From: Caedimonas varicaedens
GTDB taxonomy: Bacteria > Pseudomonadota > Alphaproteobacteria > Caedimonadales > Caedimonadaceae
Length of the DNA: 32,000 nt
NCBI GenBank assembly: GCA_001192655.1
Contig: BBVC01000019.1
Location: 1-32,000 of the forward strand
Direction: 5' to 3'
Every line of letters begins with the position of its first letter. The stretch's first letter is position 1. Positions 29,780 through 32,000 of this stretch are shown in pieces. The notes under the pieces were generated by a model. That model was not told where the DNA came from. It did not search any database and saw only the letters and a list, made by a program, of their open reading frames with translations. The position numbers were made by a program, and so were the translations under genes.

Positions 29780-29797
29780 TTCTGTTGTGACGTAAAG

Positions 29798-29817
29798 AAG
29801 GGGTTTGTTCCCCTTTT
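29798..29817 (+). terminator. putative intrinsic terminator after rplS
   Basis: AAGGGG (29798-29803) / CCCCTT (29810-29815) stem with a TTTGTT loop, running into a T tract. The stem is short, so confidence is modest. Confidence 0.45.
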
Positions 29818-29879
29818 AACGCCCGTTTTGTATTCATTTTGTGCCAGAAATATGCACTGAAAAGTGGTATATTTTTTTT

Positions 29880-30941
29880 ATGCCTGATTCTAAAGAGGAG
29901 ACAACATTGGGCGTTCAAACCAAATCTGTTTCAGCGAGTTCTGCCTCTCGTTCCTCTGTCACGAAAGAACAGCTTTTAGAGTATTACCATAAAATGCTTC
30001 TTATCCGCCGTTTTGAGGAAAAAGCGGGGCAACTTTACGGGATGGGGTTGATCGCTGGTTTTTGCCATCTTTATATTGGACAAGAAGCTGTTGTTGTTGG
30101 CATACAGTCTGTCCTTTCATCAAAAGACACCGTTATTACAGCCTATCGCGACCATGGTCATATGCTTGCTTGCAACATGGATCCACGCGGTGTGATGGCC
30201 GAGCTTACAGGTCGTATTGGGGGGTATTCCAAAGGTAAGGGTGGGTCGATGCACATGTTCTCGCGGGAAAAGAATTTTTTTGGAGGGCATGGTATTGTGG
30301 GTGCTCAGGTTCCCTTGGGAGCAGGGCTGGCCTTTGCTCATAAATATCGTGCTGATGGGGGGCTTTGCGTTACTTATATGGGAGATGGTGCTGTTAACCA
30401 GGGACAGGTGTATGAGACCTTTAATATGGCCGCTCTTTGGAAGCTTCCCATAATTTTTATCATTGAAAATAATGGGTATGCCATGGGAACGTCCGTTCAA
30501 CGACATGCAGCGGGAGAGCATCTTTATGAACGTGGTATGGCCTATGGTATCCCTGGACGAGAAGCCGATGGAATGGATATTCTTGCGGCACATACAGCAG
30601 CGCTTGCGGCGGTAGATTATGTTCGGGCAGGAAATGGCCCCATTATTCTCGAGATGAAGACATATCGCTATCGAGGGCATTCCATGTCTGATCCTGCCAA
30701 GTATCGTAGCAAGGAAGAAGTTGAGAATATGCGTGAGAATGCTGATCCTGTTATGCACGCGCGATTGAAGCTTGAAAAGGAGTTTAGTGTTACTGAGGAA
30801 GATTTCAAAACAATCGATAAGGAAATTAAAAAAATTATTACAGAAGCAGCAGAGTTTGCACAAATAAGTCCCGAACCTGATCCTTCTGAGCTTTATACCG
30901 ATATTCTCATTGAAAATGAGAGAAATTCTACTTCAGATTAA
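29880..30941 (+). CDS. pdhA: pyruvate dehydrogenase E1 component subunit alpha
   Basis: TPP-binding GDGAVNQGQ...IENNGYAMGT and ..YRYRGHSMSDP.. motifs. ATG at 29880 (MPDSKEE) preferred over the GTG at 29841. Confidence 0.9.
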   Translation: MPDSKEETTLGVQTKSVSASSASRSSVTKEQLLEYYHKMLLIRRFEEKAGQLYGMGLIAGFCHLYIGQEAVVVGIQSVLSSKDTVITAYRDHGHMLACNMDPRGVMAELTGRIGGYSKGKGGSMHMFSREKNFFGGHGIVGAQVPLGAGLAFAHKYRADGGLCVTYMGDGAVNQGQVYETFNMAALWKLPIIFIIENNGYAMGTSVQRHAAGEHLYERGMAYGIPGREADGMDILAAHTAALAAVDYVRAGNGPIILEMKTYRYRGHSMSDPAKYRSKEEVENMRENADPVMHARLKLEKEFSVTEEDFKTIDKEIKKIITEAAEFAQISPEPDPSELYTDILIENERNSTSD

Positions 30942-30953
30942 GAAGAGGAATCT

Positions 30954-31958
30954 ATGACAGAAACAATCATAAATAGTCCTATGATTACTGTACGCGAAGC
31001 TTTACGTGACGGGATGGCTGAGGAAATGCGACGTGATACAAATGTATTTTTGTTGGGAGAAGAAGTCGCCGAATATCAGGGTGCTTATAAGGTAAGTCAG
31101 GGATTATTGGATGAATTTGGCGCTGGGCGTATTGTTGATTCTCCTATTACCGAGCATGGTTTTGCTGGTTTGGGCGTTGGTGCCGCTTTTGCTGGACTTC
31201 GCCCCATTATTGAGTTCATGACGTTTAACTTTGGAATGCAGGCGATGGATCAAATCATCAATAGCGCTGCAAAAACTCTTTATATGTCTGGGGGGCAAAT
31301 GGGATGTCCTATTGTTTTTCGCGGTCCCAATGGTGCCGCCAAGCGCGTTGCTGCTCAACATTCGCAATGTTTTGCCAGCTGGTTTGCCCATTGTCCTGGT
31401 TTAAAAGTTATTTCGCCCTATGATGCCAGCGATGCAAAAGGTCTTTTAAAATCGGCTATTCGTGATCCTAATCCCGTGATCTTTTTGGAAAATGAAATGT
31501 TATATGGTGTGTCTTTTCCAACTCCTCTGGACGAGGATCATCTGGTTCCTATTGGTCAGGCAAAAATCGTGCGGGAAGGGACAGATGTAACAATTACGGC
31601 ATTTTCCCTGATGGTCAAAGTTGCTCTTGACGCAGCTGAAAAGCTTGCACAACAGGGCATTCAGGCAGAAGTCATTGATCTTCGTACACTTCGTCCTCTG
31701 GACACGCCATCAATTTTGCGATCAATCATGAAGACAAACCGTTTGGTCTCTCTGGAAGAAGGATGGCCTTTTGCAGGAATTGGCGCTGAAATTTCGGCAC
31801 TGATGATGGAGCAGGCTTTTGATTATCTGGACGCACCTATCATGCGGGTAACGGGTGCTGATGTTCCGATGCCTTATGCCGATAACCTTGTGAACTTGAC
31901 TCTTCCCCAAGTAGAGCAGGTAGTTGATGTGGTGCGGCAAGTATGTTATCGACATTAG
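30954..31958 (+). CDS. pdhB: pyruvate dehydrogenase E1 component subunit beta
   Basis: ..[16 protein letters not shown]...[20 protein letters not shown].. and the transketolase C-terminal-like domain. It follows pdhA by 12 nt. Confidence 0.92.
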   Translation: MTETIINSPMITVREALRDGMAEEMRRDTNVFLLGEEVAEYQGAYKVSQGLLDEFGAGRIVDSPITEHGFAGLGVGAAFAGLRPIIEFMTFNFGMQAMDQIINSAAKTLYMSGGQMGCPIVFRGPNGAAKRVAAQHSQCFASWFAHCPGLKVISPYDASDAKGLLKSAIRDPNPVIFLENEMLYGVSFPTPLDEDHLVPIGQAKIVREGTDVTITAFSLMVKVALDAAEKLAQQGIQAEVIDLRTLRPLDTPSILRSIMKTNRLVSLEEGWPFAGIGAEISALMMEQAFDYLDAPIMRVTGADVPMPYADNLVNLTLPQVEQVVDVVRQVCYRH

Positions 31959-32000
31959 AATGAATATAATTTTAATTAAATAATGCGGGGATAGAATTCA

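Noticed and set aside
30120-30863. 247-aa minus-strand ORF inside pdhA
   Set aside because: It is antisense to a highly conserved gene and has no recognisable motif. It is a shadow ORF. The same applies to 24607-25227 and 26902-27177 (antisense to mfd), 22746-23249 (antisense to rpe) and 10778-11260 (off-frame ORF within cca on the same strand).

Overview
This looks like a chromosomal segment of a moderately AT-rich, IS-laden alphaproteobacterium. The lineage call rests on split PntAA/PntAB/PntB transhydrogenase genes, System I cytochrome c maturation genes, heterodimeric PDH E1 alpha/beta, BamD and LpxC. A host-associated lifestyle is only inferred, from the number of dead IS copies. Layout: (i) 1-3480 is an IS graveyard. 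Two head-to-tail IS21-family copies have abutting ends and sit inside a decayed ISAs1-family transposase gene, next to an IS1-family fragment. (ii) 3488-14408 is housekeeping: gmk, bamD, recN, a secreted Cys/His hydrolase-like ORF, a dead IS630-family element, csaA-like, lpxC, cca, pntB/pntAB/pntAA. (iii) 14593-18830 is a small accessory islet and the most interesting part. It holds a stand-alone lipoprotein in which a TPR module is fused through a Pro/Ala linker to a secretin channel domain. Convergent with it is a secreted papain-like (C1) cysteine protease. A ~12% GC tract and the remnant of a large serine recombinase follow. No pilus, T2SS or T3SS partner genes are in the window. (iv) 18876-21772 is ccmD (unlisted small ORF), ccmE and a ccmF ORF that runs in frame into ccmH. 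(v) 21827-31958 holds a signal-peptide GNAT-like protein, rpe, a 3-hydroxyisobutyryl-CoA hydrolase-like gene, mfd, rimM-trmD-rplS (no rpsP) and pdhA-pdhB. I found no tRNA, rRNA or CRISPR array. All product calls come from reading motifs in the supplied translations; no database search was run.
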